Below, piece after piece: positions 1 to 9,200 of a DNA stretch of 64,000 nucleotides. Source of the DNA: a virus (taxonomy: Duplodnaviria > Caudoviricetes); IMG/VR virus record IMGVR_UViG_2934051868_000003, positions 1 to 64,000 of that record. One strand, written 5' to 3'. The notes below the pieces were generated by a model. It was not told the origin of the DNA, searched no databases, and worked only from the letters and a program-made list of their open reading frames with translations. Made by a program: the position numbers and the translations under genes. Every line of letters begins with the position of its first letter. Position 1 is the stretch's first letter.

Positions 1-453
1 TCACGCGGGCCCCTCGGTCCGCTCCGGTCCGAGGCACCGCCGAACCTTGCCGGCCACCACCTCGCTGTACGGCAACCCGCACCCGTTGCGGCACAACAGC
101 GTGCTGTCCTGCCAGTCGTCGTCCCGATAGAAGCCGTGCGCGAACCGGATCTGCCGGTCGTCGGGATCCTCGGCCGCGATCCCCTCGATCTCGGCGGGGG
201 TGAGGTTCCGGCGCTGGGTGAGCAGAAACGCCGTGCCCCGATGGTCGGGTTCGGCTGCCACACAGTCGCCGGTGACCAGCCGTTCTGCCGCGACAGCCGG
301 GAACACAACATCGTTGGCGGCATGGGGCAGGCCGGTGCGGCGGATGCGGGTGGTGGCGCCGTTGATGACCAGGTCGGCGGTGCCGCCTGCGGGGATGTCG
401 GTTTCGGTGACGGCGTGGATGACGTCAGGGTCCGGGTTAAGAATGAAGCTCAT
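1..453 (-). CDS. hypothetical phage protein (C-terminal CxxxC)
   Basis: ATG at 453 overlaps stop of upstream ORF (ATGA coupling); MSFILNPDPD... Confidence 0.7.
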   Translation of the reverse strand: MSFILNPDPDVIHAVTETDIPAGGTADLVINGATTRIRRTGLPHAANDVVFPAVAAERLVTGDCVAAEPDHRGTAFLLTQRRNLTPAEIEGIAAEDPDDRQIRFAHGFYRDDDWQDSTLLCRNGCGLPYSEVVAGKVRRCLGPERTEGPA

Positions 454-812
454 GCCTCGTCTGCTTTCTTGTCCGGGTCGTCGCTGAGAAGTAGCCGGAT
501 TGCTCGCGCCCGAGCCGGAGCCAGGGCTGCGTTTTCGGCGGCGATGTCGTCCCACACTCCCGGGTCGGTCTCCTGAACGCCGAGACGGTCCGCGACGGGT
601 TGGAGCCGGGCGCGTAGCCGTTCGATGCTGTCCGGACGCCCCGGCTCGGCACACTGGGCAACCACACGCTGCCTCAGCATGGCGTGCACCTCCCGATCCG
701 ACATCGCCGACCCATCCGGCATCTCTACAGCGGCTTGTTTCGCCGCCATGCGATACACGGGCGACCATGCCGGGTCGTCGGCGATCCGGCGAAGCTGCGC
801 GCGGAAGCTCAT
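450..812 (-). CDS. hypothetical phage protein
   Basis: Coupled ORF chain, GGAGG RBS. Confidence 0.75.
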   Translation of the reverse strand: MSFRAQLRRIADDPAWSPVYRMAAKQAAVEMPDGSAMSDREVHAMLRQRVVAQCAEPGRPDSIERLRARLQPVADRLGVQETDPGVWDDIAAENAALAPARARAIRLLLSDDPDKKADEA

Positions 813-1165
813 CGCAAATCCTCCACCTCAGCGTCAAAGCGGGTCGGATCATCCTGGAACGGCTTCGCCCCGTACCGCACCTGCACCACCTGAAAGTCGG
901 GCAGCCACTCGGCGAGACGTAGCACGAACAGGTCCCGCGCCTCAACACCGCCGAGCAGCGGCCGATCCCACGAATCTTCACCGTCGGGCAGGAACACGTA
1001 CGACGCGAACCGGGCACCGTGCTGGTCGCCGGGTGCATGGATAGGGCCGATGAGGAGAGGATGCAGTTCCGGGTGCATGCCGTTAAGGAAGTCGGCGGCG
1101 TCGGGGAGTCCGTCCCGGTCGGGTCCGGTAGCGAGGACCGTTTCGTGGGCGTGGTACTTGCTCAC
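809..1165 (-). CDS. hypothetical phage protein
   Basis: 4-nt overlaps on both sides, AAGGA RBS. Confidence 0.75.
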   Translation of the reverse strand: MSKYHAHETVLATGPDRDGLPDAADFLNGMHPELHPLLIGPIHAPGDQHGARFASYVFLPDGEDSWDRPLLGGVEARDLFVLRLAEWLPDFQVVQVRYGAKPFQDDPTRFDAEVEDLR

Positions 1166-1356
1166 AGCTTTTCCTTGTGCTCAAGCTCCGCGAGTTCCTT
1201 CGTCAGGTAGCGGTCGACGGCCCGCTCCCAAAACGGGCCGCGCAGATACTCCGGCAGCAGCGGCGCAGCCTCGCCGGCGGTGATGCCGGGGTGTGCGGCG
1301 CGGATCGGCCGGAGGTGGTTTTCGAGGTCTTCTTCAACGCGCGGCGGCAGCGGCAT
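1162..1356 (-). CDS. hypothetical phage protein
   Basis: AAGGAG RBS, coupled to next ORF. Confidence 0.7.
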   Translation of the reverse strand: MPLPPRVEEDLENHLRPIRAAHPGITAGEAAPLLPEYLRGPFWERAVDRYLTKELAELEHKEKL

Positions 1357-1549
1357 CGGTGTCTCCTTCGTGTCTCGCGTTCTCGTCTGGGTCGATCAGC
1401 CAGTGGTCGATGAAGTGCACGTGCTGGACGCCGTGCGCCCAACCGTCGGAGTCCTCGAACGCTTCAACGTCGTCGTCGGTGGCGTTGTCGTCCCAGGACG
1501 GGCAACCCGGCCGGCCGCACTCCACGAAACCGTCCAACGGGCCGCTCAC
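1334..1549 (-). CDS. small acidic hypothetical protein (CxxxxC)
   Basis: Coupled ORF chain. Confidence 0.65.
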   Translation of the reverse strand: MSGPLDGFVECGRPGCPSWDDNATDDDVEAFEDSDGWAHGVQHVHFIDHWLIDPDENARHEGDTDAAAAAR

Positions 1550-1821
1550 CGCCCCGCCTCCGGCCGGCCATCGCCGAAACTGGCCGGCACCTTGCCAACC
1601 CCCACAATCCGCTGCGCGTTCTCGACCGAACGCAGCAGCGCAACCGGGTCGCGGCGTGAAACAGCCTCGGCGGAGGTGAAGTAGGCGGCGGCGATCTGCC
1701 CGGCAGCGGCAGCGCGGGGCATCGCCCCGTCGGCGAACGCGTCGATGGCCTCCTCAAGCCACCGGTCACCGGCGGAAATCCGGTCCTCGGCGACAGCGGG
1801 GATGTTGTTCGTGTCGGTCAT
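1546..1821 (-). CDS. hypothetical phage protein
   Basis: AGGAGG RBS before ATG 1821. Confidence 0.7.
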   Translation of the reverse strand: MTDTNNIPAVAEDRISAGDRWLEEAIDAFADGAMPRAAAAGQIAAAYFTSAEAVSRRDPVALLRSVENAQRIVGVGKVPASFGDGRPEAGR

Positions 1822-1840
1822 GGTGTCCTCCTGTACCTGG

Positions 1841-2116
1841 TCAGTTGTCATCGCCGCTGCCGTTCTCACACCACGAACACGGCGGAAAGCTCACAAAAGC
1901 ACAGCGGCAGCCCGGCTCGCAGTCCACCTCGTCATCCACGATGACCGCAGTCGACCTCGACCCACGGGCCGGCGGGTTCGCCCGGTAGCGGGCACGACGG
2001 CGGGCGTTCCGGGCATCCCTCTGCGCCTGCCGGTCGGCGGCACGTCGGGCGGCGATCTGCTCGCCGAGAAGTTTCGCGGCGGCCCAGAAGTCGTCGGCGG
2101 TGCGCATCTCGCTCAT
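1841..2116 (-). CDS. hypothetical protein with C-terminal Cys cluster (CxxxCxC...PPCxxC)
   Basis: ORF track; coupled to upstream ORF. Confidence 0.7.
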   Translation of the reverse strand: MSEMRTADDFWAAAKLLGEQIAARRAADRQAQRDARNARRRARYRANPPARGSRSTAVIVDDEVDCEPGCRCAFVSFPPCSWCENGSGDDN

Positions 2117-2349
2117 CGGCTTCCCTGCGTTCCGTCCGGGCGGGTCAGCGACGTCGTTTCCACGCCATGCTCCACCCGCCCACCGCCGTCCCAGCGGACG
2201 GTCACACGCCAGTACGGGTCAGCGAAGTGCCCGTACCGGTCGACGCGAAGCACCGTGCCGGCGGTGTCGGGGTGCCGGAAGTCGACGACACGCTCGTTGA
2301 TATCGGGCTCCCACTCGCGCAGCGGGGTCCAGGTCTGTTCGGTGGTCAC
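2113..2349 (-). CDS. hypothetical phage protein
   Basis: GAGGAG RBS before GTG 2349. Confidence 0.7.
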   Translation of the reverse strand: MTTEQTWTPLREWEPDINERVVDFRHPDTAGTVLRVDRYGHFADPYWRVTVRWDGGGRVEHGVETTSLTRPDGTQGSR

Positions 2350-2359
2350 GGTGTTCTCC

Positions 2360-2665
2360 TCAGCGCAGCTCGCGGATAGCGGCAGCGACCAGCCGCGACG
2401 CAGCGCGGTCATCCACCTCCTCAATCCAGCCGTCCTCATCCAACTTGCCCGCAACCAGGCCAGCGGTGATCAGCGGCGGATACAGGTCGTAGTCCCAGCC
2501 CGAGTTACCGAACGGGCGCTTCCCGTTGAAGCACTCGCCTTCCTCCCACACCTTGGCGAGCAGTTCGATGAGGTAGGCGCGGACGGTGGGTGCGTCGGCG
2601 TCATTGGTGGGCATCGGCAGGTCGAGCACCTGACGGGCGGTCTCGGGGGTGGTCGTGTCGGTCAT
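2360..2665 (-). CDS. hypothetical phage protein
   Basis: AGGAGG RBS; EGECFNGKRPFGNSGW motif of the kind seen in phage hypotheticals. Confidence 0.8.
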   Translation of the reverse strand: MTDTTTPETARQVLDLPMPTNDADAPTVRAYLIELLAKVWEEGECFNGKRPFGNSGWDYDLYPPLITAGLVAGKLDEDGWIEEVDDRAASRLVAAAIRELR

Positions 2666-3147
2666 GGTTCCTCCTTTGTGGTGGGTTCAGCCGCGCGAAA
2701 CGGCAGGGGCAGCAGCACGGCACGGGCCTTCGCATACCGGCGCCGCAGGAACGCCGCAGCCTCCGGGTCAAGGTTCGCCAACCGCTCCTCCGAACTGTTG
2801 TGGGCGTTGTCGGCGAGCTTCACCAGCCGGCCCAGCGGATCGGCGGCAGCACGGCGGATCATGTCCATGTACGTTTCGCCGTCGCGCCGTGACACGGCAT
2901 CAACAGCCGACACCACCGCCTCCGGGAAACCGGCGGCCCGCAGATCGTCCAGGCTGATCGGGGTGTCTTCCACAACGTCGTGAAGCAGTCCGGCCATGAC
3001 CGCGTGGTCGCCGTGTCCCTGCTCGGCGAGGATCGCGGCGACAGCGCGGGGATGCTCGATGTAGGGGCGGCCGGCCTTGTCGGTCTGTCCGTGGTGCGCG
3101 GCAGCAGCGAGCGCGTCAGCGTCCGCAACAGTGGGGGAGACGGTCAC
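2662..3147 (-). CDS. HD-domain phosphohydrolase, RelA/SpoT (small alarmone hydrolase/Mesh1-like) family
   Basis: AHHGQ.DKAG.PYIEHP, LLHDVVEDT and VKLADNAHN motifs. Confidence 0.88.
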   Translation of the reverse strand: MTVSPTVADADALAAAAHHGQTDKAGRPYIEHPRAVAAILAEQGHGDHAVMAGLLHDVVEDTPISLDDLRAAGFPEAVVSAVDAVSRRDGETYMDMIRRAAADPLGRLVKLADNAHNSSEERLANLDPEAAAFLRRRYAKARAVLLPLPFRAAEPTTKEEP

Positions 3148-4544
3148 TGGCCCTGCTCCCTAGGTCGGCCGGTGTCATGCGTCGGGGCATCCTGTCGTGG
3201 ACGGTGGCTTTCTACGGCTTTTCTCACCGCGTCGAACTGATTAATGAAGCCGAGGCGGCAAATGGTGATGTCGGTCCACTCATGCCGTAGCTCGTCGTTG
3301 ACGACGGCAGCTACAACGGGCGCCATCTCCTGGAGTGCGGAGTGTCGCCCGTCAGTGCTGCTCAAGTCGTAGGTCTTCTCGATGCGATGCAGGGTTCCGA
3401 GCAGATATCCGACACTTGGATTGGCCTTGACCGTCGCCGGGTTTCGCGTCCGTGACGGCCTGACTCCGGACTCGCCGTACTCGAAGCGCGCAGACCGCGC
3501 CGATGTGTAGGCGGTGGCGACGTCGCTGGTCAGAACGTACGGCGTTCCGCCCGTGTAGGTGGCACCCGACCGGCCGTAGCCTGACAGCGCAGGAAGCTTG
3601 CCGAGCTTGCGCGAGGCTAGGTCCGTGCAGAAGACGGCAGGCTGACCGTCAGGGCCCTTGCTGTCGAACGACAGCAGGTCGGCGTGCAACTCGGTCACGC
3701 CGCCGTCGCCGGGCTCGTTCCTCAGCAGAAAGTGCAGCGGGTTGGTGCGAGTGCCGTCCGGGACGGGCCCCAAGATGAGCAGCCCGACACCGGGAAGGCT
3801 CTGAGTCTGCACAGCCTCGGCATAGCGGGGGCCATCAGCGAGAAACGCCGACTCGTCGCCCTTCACCTCGGCGTGCAGGTTAAGGGCCGGCAGCCAGAAG
3901 TCAGGCAAGTACACCTGACCGGATGGCAGCTCGTAGCCCTGCGGCTCGTACTCCCACTCGATGTTCAGAGCATCGAAGAACACCGCCCAGCGGGCTTCGA
4001 GGCGCGACCGAAAGCGGCAGCCGGCGTACCGGGTTTCGATCGGCTTGATGTCAGGCGTCGATGGCGCGGCAAATAAGAGGTTGCTCGGCTGCGGCGTGAG
4101 CGTCAGATCGGCCGGTCGGTTCGCAGCCGTGGACTTGCGTGCGGTACGACGCTTCGGCTTGGACGGGGCTTCGAACAGGCCGCCCGATCTGGGGTTGGGC
4201 TGCGCGGTCTGCGGGCGTTCGTTCTCGATTGCCCAGCGGATCACGTCGGCGGTGTCGCCTGGTATCTCGGTGCTGTCCGAATTCTGTTCGGGCAAGGGTG
4301 CCTCCAGGTGGTTGTGGGTTGGGCTCAGTGCGGCATCTGGCGGAGGCGTCCACGAGCAGTTGCCCTCGCATGCCTGCGGAGGGGTGGACAGGTGGACAAT
4401 GTCCACCCCTCGGGCCAAAAGCCGATCCGCTTGTGATCTACGTTTCCGCAGGTCACATACAAAATGGGCTTTCCTGTATAGGGGGTTGGATTGGGGGGAG
4501 GGGTGGACAATGTCCACCTGTCCACCCCTCACGGTCGCGGTCAC
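3144..4544 (-). CDS. PD-(D/E)XK-like nuclease with C-terminal DnaG-like helical domain (true start uncertain)
   Basis: ETRYAGCRFRSRLEARWAVFFD...WEYEP...YLPDFWLP...EVKG motif. Confidence 0.75.
   Translation of the reverse strand: MTATVRGGQVDIVHPSPQSNPLYRKAHFVCDLRKRRSQADRLLARGVDIVHLSTPPQACEGNCSWTPPPDAALSPTHNHLEAPLPEQNSDSTEIPGDTADVIRWAIENERPQTAQPNPRSGGLFEAPSKPKRRTARKSTAANRPADLTLTPQPSNLLFAAPSTPDIKPIETRYAGCRFRSRLEARWAVFFDALNIEWEYEPQGYELPSGQVYLPDFWLPALNLHAEVKGDESAFLADGPRYAEAVQTQSLPGVGLLILGPVPDGTRTNPLHFLLRNEPGDGGVTELHADLLSFDSKGPDGQPAVFCTDLASRKLGKLPALSGYGRSGATYTGGTPYVLTSDVATAYTSARSARFEYGESGVRPSRTRNPATVKANPSVGYLLGTLHRIEKTYDLSSTDGRHSALQEMAPVVAAVVNDELRHEWTDITICRLGFINQFDAVRKAVESHRPRQDAPTHDTGRPREQGQ
4380..4529. 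repeat. 31-bp inverted repeat pair built of GTGGAC/GTCCAC units; candidate replication origin
   Basis: 4380-4410 AGGGGTGGACAGGTGGACAATGTCCACCCCT is the reverse complement (1 mismatch) of 4499-4529; AT-richer spacer; directly downstream of the P-loop replication gene. Confidence 0.7.
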
Positions 4545-5896
4545 CGGGACCGCTCCGCGAGCCGGTACCGGGTGCCGCTCTGGTTGTGGTGGGACACCTG
4601 CTCCTCCTCCACCTCGCCAGCCAGAATGACCGCGTTCAACGCCGTCTCAAAGTGGCTACGGTCCCGGCTCGCCAACGTCTTCCGCAGGTCCGCCCCGGAC
4701 CGCCATCCGCCATCGGCGCGAGCAAGAGAACGCTTGATCACCTGCGACACCCGCTTAACTGCTGCCGCCGTGACCTGCTCCTCAATGACGATCGTCCGCG
4801 CAGCCTCGGCCATCGCCTGCTGCTTGTTCTGCGACCGGGTCTCCTCCGCCAGCACCTTCTCGCACATTGCCCGCGTCCGGTTCGACACAGCCATCACGAT
4901 CTCGGACAGCCGCCAATCCTCATCGTCGATCACGAACTTGCCCTCAAGGATCGCGAGCGCGCCCGCCACCTTGAGTCGGGTGAGCAGCGCATGCCCATCG
5001 AGGGCGTCGCCCTTGCCTCGGGTGCGGGCCAGGTGCGCGGCGACGATCGTCTCTTCCGCTTCTGCCGGGATCGGCATCGGCACCCGGTACATGCCACCCA
5101 CAACCCGCCCGGCGCCGCTCTCATGCCACTTCGGCGGTTCCCACACGAGAGGGTCTGGGCACGGAGGTGCCACATCGGGGGCGTCGGGGTCGGCGGCGGG
5201 CAGCCACACGAACCGCTGCGGGGTTCCGCCGTCGGCCTCGGCCAGCAGGCCGCCGGCACGCTTTGGCTGAATGCCCGCGAGAAGACACAGCCGGTACCGG
5301 TGCTCGGGGACGAGCATCCGCTTGGAGGTGTCGACGTAGAAGAAGCCGAGTTGTTCGCCCATCGCTGCCTGCCGAAGCTGGGAGGTGACGGTGGACGACT
5401 GGCGTTTCGTGAGCGCCGTCAGCGTGTCGATTTCGCCGATGGTGACCAGCGCCCGCGTGTTGTGCTGCTCCGGGCCGTCCTTGCTCTCACGCATGAACAT
5501 GTGCGAAAGCCCTTCGCCGGAGCCGAGCGGGGCCGGGGGCACTTCGTACTCCTTGCCCAGCTCGATTGCTTCGAAGGCGACCTTGCGGGCGGCGTCCTTC
5601 CCGGTGCCGGGGGTGCCGACCAGCCCTACGAACAGGTTGAGCGAGGCGTAGGAGCCGATGGTGGGCGGTAGCTGGACGTTCGGGTCGACGGCGGCGACAA
5701 CGCGGGTGAGGACCGCGCCGAGGGTGGCCCAGGGCGCGACGCGGCGTGCGCGGGCGAACGTGTGGATGTGGCGCAGCGACAGGCGGGCATCCCAGAACGC
5801 TTCAAGCCGCGCGGTTTCGCTGCTGTCCGCCTCATCGGGGGCATGGTCCCAGCCTTCCGGCCAGACGCTTGGGTCGTACTCCACGGAGGTAGTCAT
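4541..5896 (-). CDS. P-loop replication protein (DUF3987/YfjI-like helicase-type)
   Basis: SLNLFVGLVGTPGTGKD Walker A, GSGEGL, GIQP, GGTPQRF motifs. Confidence 0.75.
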   Translation of the reverse strand: MTTSVEYDPSVWPEGWDHAPDEADSSETARLEAFWDARLSLRHIHTFARARRVAPWATLGAVLTRVVAAVDPNVQLPPTIGSYASLNLFVGLVGTPGTGKDAARKVAFEAIELGKEYEVPPAPLGSGEGLSHMFMRESKDGPEQHNTRALVTIGEIDTLTALTKRQSSTVTSQLRQAAMGEQLGFFYVDTSKRMLVPEHRYRLCLLAGIQPKRAGGLLAEADGGTPQRFVWLPAADPDAPDVAPPCPDPLVWEPPKWHESGAGRVVGGMYRVPMPIPAEAEETIVAAHLARTRGKGDALDGHALLTRLKVAGALAILEGKFVIDDEDWRLSEIVMAVSNRTRAMCEKVLAEETRSQNKQQAMAEAARTIVIEEQVTAAAVKRVSQVIKRSLARADGGWRSGADLRKTLASRDRSHFETALNAVILAGEVEEEQVSHHNQSGTRYRLAERSR

Positions 5897-6462
5897 GCTG
5901 CCTCGCTTGCTGGCTGGCGCCGTTCGGCGTGCAGCATCCAGTAGTCCGGGTCGCCGTTCGGTGGGTCCATGTGGCCGCCGTCGCGGGTGCGCGGGCAGGG
6001 GCACGGCCACACGCCGGGCAGCGTCTTCGGGTCGGCAACAGTGCCGGGCATGTTGAGGCGCGGCCAGGTTGGGTCGTTGAGCCGAAGTCCGTGGGGGCGG
6101 GGGCGGTTGGCGTCGAGGCGGTCCCAGTCTCGACGCTGCTTCTGATCGGCGGCGCGAATGTGCCTGCGGACGGCTTCGCGCATGTTCGGCGCGTCGGCAC
6201 CACCGAACGCGATGCGGAGCCCGTCGGCGAGGGCGTCATTCTGTTTGCGGTAGCCATCTTCGATGCCGAGTGTGTGTCCGGAATTGAAGGCGAGCCACAG
6301 CAGGTGGGCGACTTGCGCGCGGGTGAACGTCTGTTGGTCGCCCTGAAGGGCGTCTACAGCAGCCATGATCATCCCGGCTTCGGAAGGCTCAGAGCCGTGA
6401 TCTACCGCGCGCTTCCCTACCGTACGTTCGTACGGACGGCGTGGGTTGGTACCTTCGCCCAT
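5893..6462 (-). CDS. hypothetical phage protein
   Basis: ORF coupled (ATGA) to the replication gene; start chosen by RBS. Confidence 0.65.
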   Translation of the reverse strand: MGEGTNPRRPYERTVGKRAVDHGSEPSEAGMIMAAVDALQGDQQTFTRAQVAHLLWLAFNSGHTLGIEDGYRKQNDALADGLRIAFGGADAPNMREAVRRHIRAADQKQRRDWDRLDANRPRPHGLRLNDPTWPRLNMPGTVADPKTLPGVWPCPCPRTRDGGHMDPPNGDPDYWMLHAERRQPASEAA

Positions 6463-6559
6463 GAGCGATCGTGTTCCTGTCTTCTGTCTGGCGATGGGGG
6501 AGAGGATTGGTTGCTCTGGCCCTGGCCGGTGGTAGGACACCGGTCGGGGCCGCCTCATC

Positions 6560-6814
6560 TCAGGCGTCGGTTTCGGTCTTGTCTTGTGGTTCGACCGCGC
6601 GGTCAAGCCATGTCCGTGACCAGACATGGTTGGTCGCGCGCAGGATTTGCGCCTTCTTGAGGCCGGCGGCGTAGGCGGTTCGCATCACCGCAGAGAGCTT
6701 GTCGCTGGCCTGCCGCTGTACTTCGTCGGCTTGCTTGCGGATCTCCTTGGCGCGTTCGACTTCCCGCCTGTACTCGTCGGCAGCCTCCCTCAATGCATGG
6801 GTGTGGTCTGTCAT
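6560..6814 (-). CDS. small putative DNA-binding regulator, likely leaderless
   Basis: Coiled N-terminus then HTH-like AGLKKAQILRATNHVWSRTWLDR; CATGAT -10 element 6 nt upstream of ATG. Confidence 0.65.
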   Translation of the reverse strand: MTDHTHALREAADEYRREVERAKEIRKQADEVQRQASDKLSAVMRTAYAAGLKKAQILRATNHVWSRTWLDRAVEPQDKTETDA

Positions 6815-6825
6815 GCCGAGATCAT

Positions 6826-6902
6826 GACACACTCAAAGTGTGCAAAGCAAGATTTGCCAACCCTGACTCTTGACATGGTCTACCCTGAGTTGGCACACTC
6901 AA
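6826..6902 (+). promoter_or_regulatory. Divergent promoter, TTGACA-18nt-CACACT, with repeated CACACTCAA operator-like sites
   Basis: TTGACA at 6870, CACACT at 6894; CACACTCAA at about 6828 and 6894. Confidence 0.6.
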
Positions 6903-6988
6903 GTCAGCAAGCACGAAGAACCCCCGCACCGGCTCAAGTCTTGGCGGACGACCGGTACGGGGGCCTAGGAACCCCGAAGGGAACCGTC

Positions 6989-7471
6989 ATGCAGGTTAAC
7001 AGCCCGCAGACCCTGGTCACCTCGCCCGCTGAGGGCGACACCCGCTACTACGGCCCCTACAAGGTCGTCCTGTCCCTCCCCGCCGACGGCGGCTTCGCCA
7101 TCAACGTGTTCGCCCGCACCAGCGGCCACCGCTACGACGAGCTGTGCTTCACCACCGCGGATGTGGACACCGCCAACCTGGTGCACCGCATCATCCGCGA
7201 CGGCGGTGTGCAGCACGTCCGCCCGGAGGGCATCCGTGAGGCGCTGGACGCCGCGCTCCGCGACGAGCTGCACCGGGTGCAGCAGCGGCCGGACGCCCCG
7301 TCCCGGAACCGCATCGAGCACCTCAACCGGCTCCTGGACCGGCTGGAGTCCCCGGCGGACACGGCGCGCATGGACGAGCTGGCCGCGAGCCTGGGGCGTC
7401 CCCGGAACTTCCGGGATCTGCGGGACATGCACGCCGCCGCCCTGCGCAACCGTAAGCAGGTGGCCCAGTGA
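6989..7471 (+). CDS. hypothetical phage protein
   Basis: GAAGGGA RBS, strong GC3 bias. Confidence 0.8.
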   Translation: MQVNSPQTLVTSPAEGDTRYYGPYKVVLSLPADGGFAINVFARTSGHRYDELCFTTADVDTANLVHRIIRDGGVQHVRPEGIREALDAALRDELHRVQQRPDAPSRNRIEHLNRLLDRLESPADTARMDELAASLGRPRNFRDLRDMHAAALRNRKQVAQ

Positions 7472-7710
7472 GCGCCGCGATCATCAAGTTCCCCACCACC
7501 CCCGACCAGCCCGCCACCCCGGCCATGCCCGTGATGGTGCCGCCCGCTGATGCGACACCCGACGAGCAGCGCATGTGGTGGCTCGGCTACGCCGCCGGAC
7601 ACCAGCAGCGCAGCAACGAGTACGAGGCGGAGGAGACCGCCATGCTGGGTGCCGCCCAGCAGTTCCTGGTCTCGCGCGGGTTCGCCCCAGTGTTGCAGGC
7701 GGTGAAGTGA
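7468..7710 (+). CDS. hypothetical protein
   Basis: GTGA coupling. Confidence 0.75.
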   Translation: MSAAIIKFPTTPDQPATPAMPVMVPPADATPDEQRMWWLGYAAGHQQRSNEYEAEETAMLGAAQQFLVSRGFAPVLQAVK

Positions 7711-7892
7711 TGGCCGCCGAGCAGAACGAACCGCGCAAGGGCAAGATCCGGCGGCGGGGAAACGAGCTGCACATCCGCTACTCCGACGGGGGCCGTGAGG
7801 TCATCCGGAACGCGCTCGCCGGCCGCTACAAGTCGACGGTCACCTACCGGGTCGACGCGGACGGCGCGGTGGTCGCGGAGGACCGGTCGTGA
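7710..7892 (+). CDS. small hypothetical protein
   Basis: TGATG coupling; MAAEQNEPRKG... Confidence 0.7.
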   Translation: MAAEQNEPRKGKIRRRGNELHIRYSDGGREVIRNALAGRYKSTVTYRVDADGAVVAEDRS

Positions 7893-8047
7893 CCGGCCTG
7901 TGGCGTCGCCTGTTTGGCGGCTACGGCCAGCACACGCCCGGGATGGTTCGGCCGCTGCCGGACACCACACCGATGTCGGACCCGTGGGCGCACACCGAGG
8001 CCGCGCACTGGGCCACCGACACGATGCTGCTGCCGGTGCTGCCGTGA
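7889..8047 (+). CDS. small hypothetical protein (52 aa)
   Basis: GGAGG RBS, GTGA coupling at both ends; read by hand. Confidence 0.6.
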   Translation: MTGLWRRLFGGYGQHTPGMVRPLPDTTPMSDPWAHTEAAHWATDTMLLPVLP

Positions 8048-8184
8048 CAGGCAAGCCGGCGGAGGTTCGGTCGATCACCGCGCAGGCCGACAAGCCGCAG
8101 CGCGCCAAGGACGACAAGACGATCGCGGTGGCGGAGGAGTTCAACCGCACCGGCTTCAACAGCAAGACCAGAAACAGGCGCTGA
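8044..8184 (+). CDS. small basic protein (46 aa)
   Basis: GTGA coupling; MTGKPAEVRS... Confidence 0.6.
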   Translation: MTGKPAEVRSITAQADKPQRAKDDKTIAVAEEFNRTGFNSKTRNRR

Positions 8185-8245
8185 CCCCGGCGCCCGTCCT
8201 GCTCACTTCCTGCTAATCAGCATGCTCATCAAGAGGAGAACAGCC

Positions 8246-8401
8246 ATGTACGCCAGCGCCACGATCGGTCACACCGCCCGCGAGATCCGCGGCACCCGCG
8301 CCATCCGCACCGCCGACGGTGAGCAGCGCACGATCCGAGTCCGTCCGGGCCGTCAGACGTCCCGCCGCGCCGCCATCAACGCTTCCCGCTACGGCCGCTG
8401 A
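8246..8401 (+). CDS. small Arg-rich protein (51 aa)
   Basis: AGAGGAG RBS; MYASATIGHTARE...; read by hand. Confidence 0.7.
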   Translation: MYASATIGHTAREIRGTRAIRTADGEQRTIRVRPGRQTSRRAAINASRYGR

Positions 8402-8487
8402 CCTGTAGGTGAGCCTGCCGGGCTCGGCCACCACGTCCGAGCCCGCGCAGGGTCCCCACAGACCAGCCCCGATCCGAGGAGGACACC

Positions 8488-8637
8488 ATGCCCCGATCCG
8501 ACGACTACCAGCGCCAGGCCGACGACCTTCAGAAGCGGGCCGACAACACACCGGACCCGGTGCAGGCGCAGACCACCGCCATCGCCGCGTCGATCGCGCG
8601 GGCGCTCGCCCGCCGCACCCGCAAGCGCGGCCAGTAA
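8488..8637 (+). CDS. small protein (49 aa)
   Basis: GAGGAGG RBS; MPRSDDYQRQ...; read by hand. Confidence 0.7.
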   Translation: MPRSDDYQRQADDLQKRADNTPDPVQAQTTAIAASIARALARRTRKRGQ

Positions 8638-8719
8638 GGGCCGCTGACCGCGCTCGCCCAGCCTGGGCTGCGCGGTGTCACAACAGGCCAGCCAACCCGC
8701 GAAGCAGAGGAGAACAAGC

Positions 8720-8899
8720 ATGCACTTCAAGCGATACCGCGACCTGTCCAGCGGCGACCAGATTGTCGCCAAGGACACGTCCTGGGACCGGGTTCACGGC
8801 GTCAACCACGAGGACGGCACGCCCGGGAAGGTGCTCGTCACCACCGACCGCGCCCGTCGTGTCGAGTACGACGCCGACGCGACCGTGAAGGTCGTCTAG
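8720..8899 (+). CDS. small beta-rich protein (59 aa)
   Basis: AGAGGAG RBS. Confidence 0.7.
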   Translation: MHFKRYRDLSSGDQIVAKDTSWDRVHGVNHEDGTPGKVLVTTDRARRVEYDADATVKVV

Positions 8900-8999
8900 C
8901 AGTGGCCGGCCCGAACGATCCGCCGAAGCCGATGCCCACCCCGTGGCCGCCCGGCGGCGGCTTCCCCAACCACTAACCCCACCCGAAGGAGGAAACCTC

Positions 9000-9200
9000 A
9001 TGCGCTACTTCATCGCCTACAGCTACGACAACGGGCGCGGCAACGGCTGCGCCGTCATGAACCTGTTCAAGCCGATCCAGTCGGGCGACGACATCTACAC
9101 CATCTGCCAGCAGGTCGCGGCGAAGAACGGCTTCGACAACGTGGTCCTCACCAGCCTGACCCCGCTGCCCGACGCGCCGGGGCAGGAGCAGCCGGTATGA
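9000..9200 (+). CDS. hypothetical protein
   Basis: AAGGAGG RBS; MRYFIAYSY... Confidence 0.75.
   Translation: MRYFIAYSYDNGRGNGCAVMNLFKPIQSGDDIYTICQQVAAKNGFDNVVLTSLTPLPDAPGQEQPV

Noticed and set aside
3723-3732. 10-nt match (CAGCAGAAAG) to the putative guide of the IS607-type TnpB
   Set aside because: Too short to distinguish from chance in 64 kb; pairing does not extend
4139-5671. 510-aa plus-strand ORF
   Set aside because: Shadow of the P-loop replication gene
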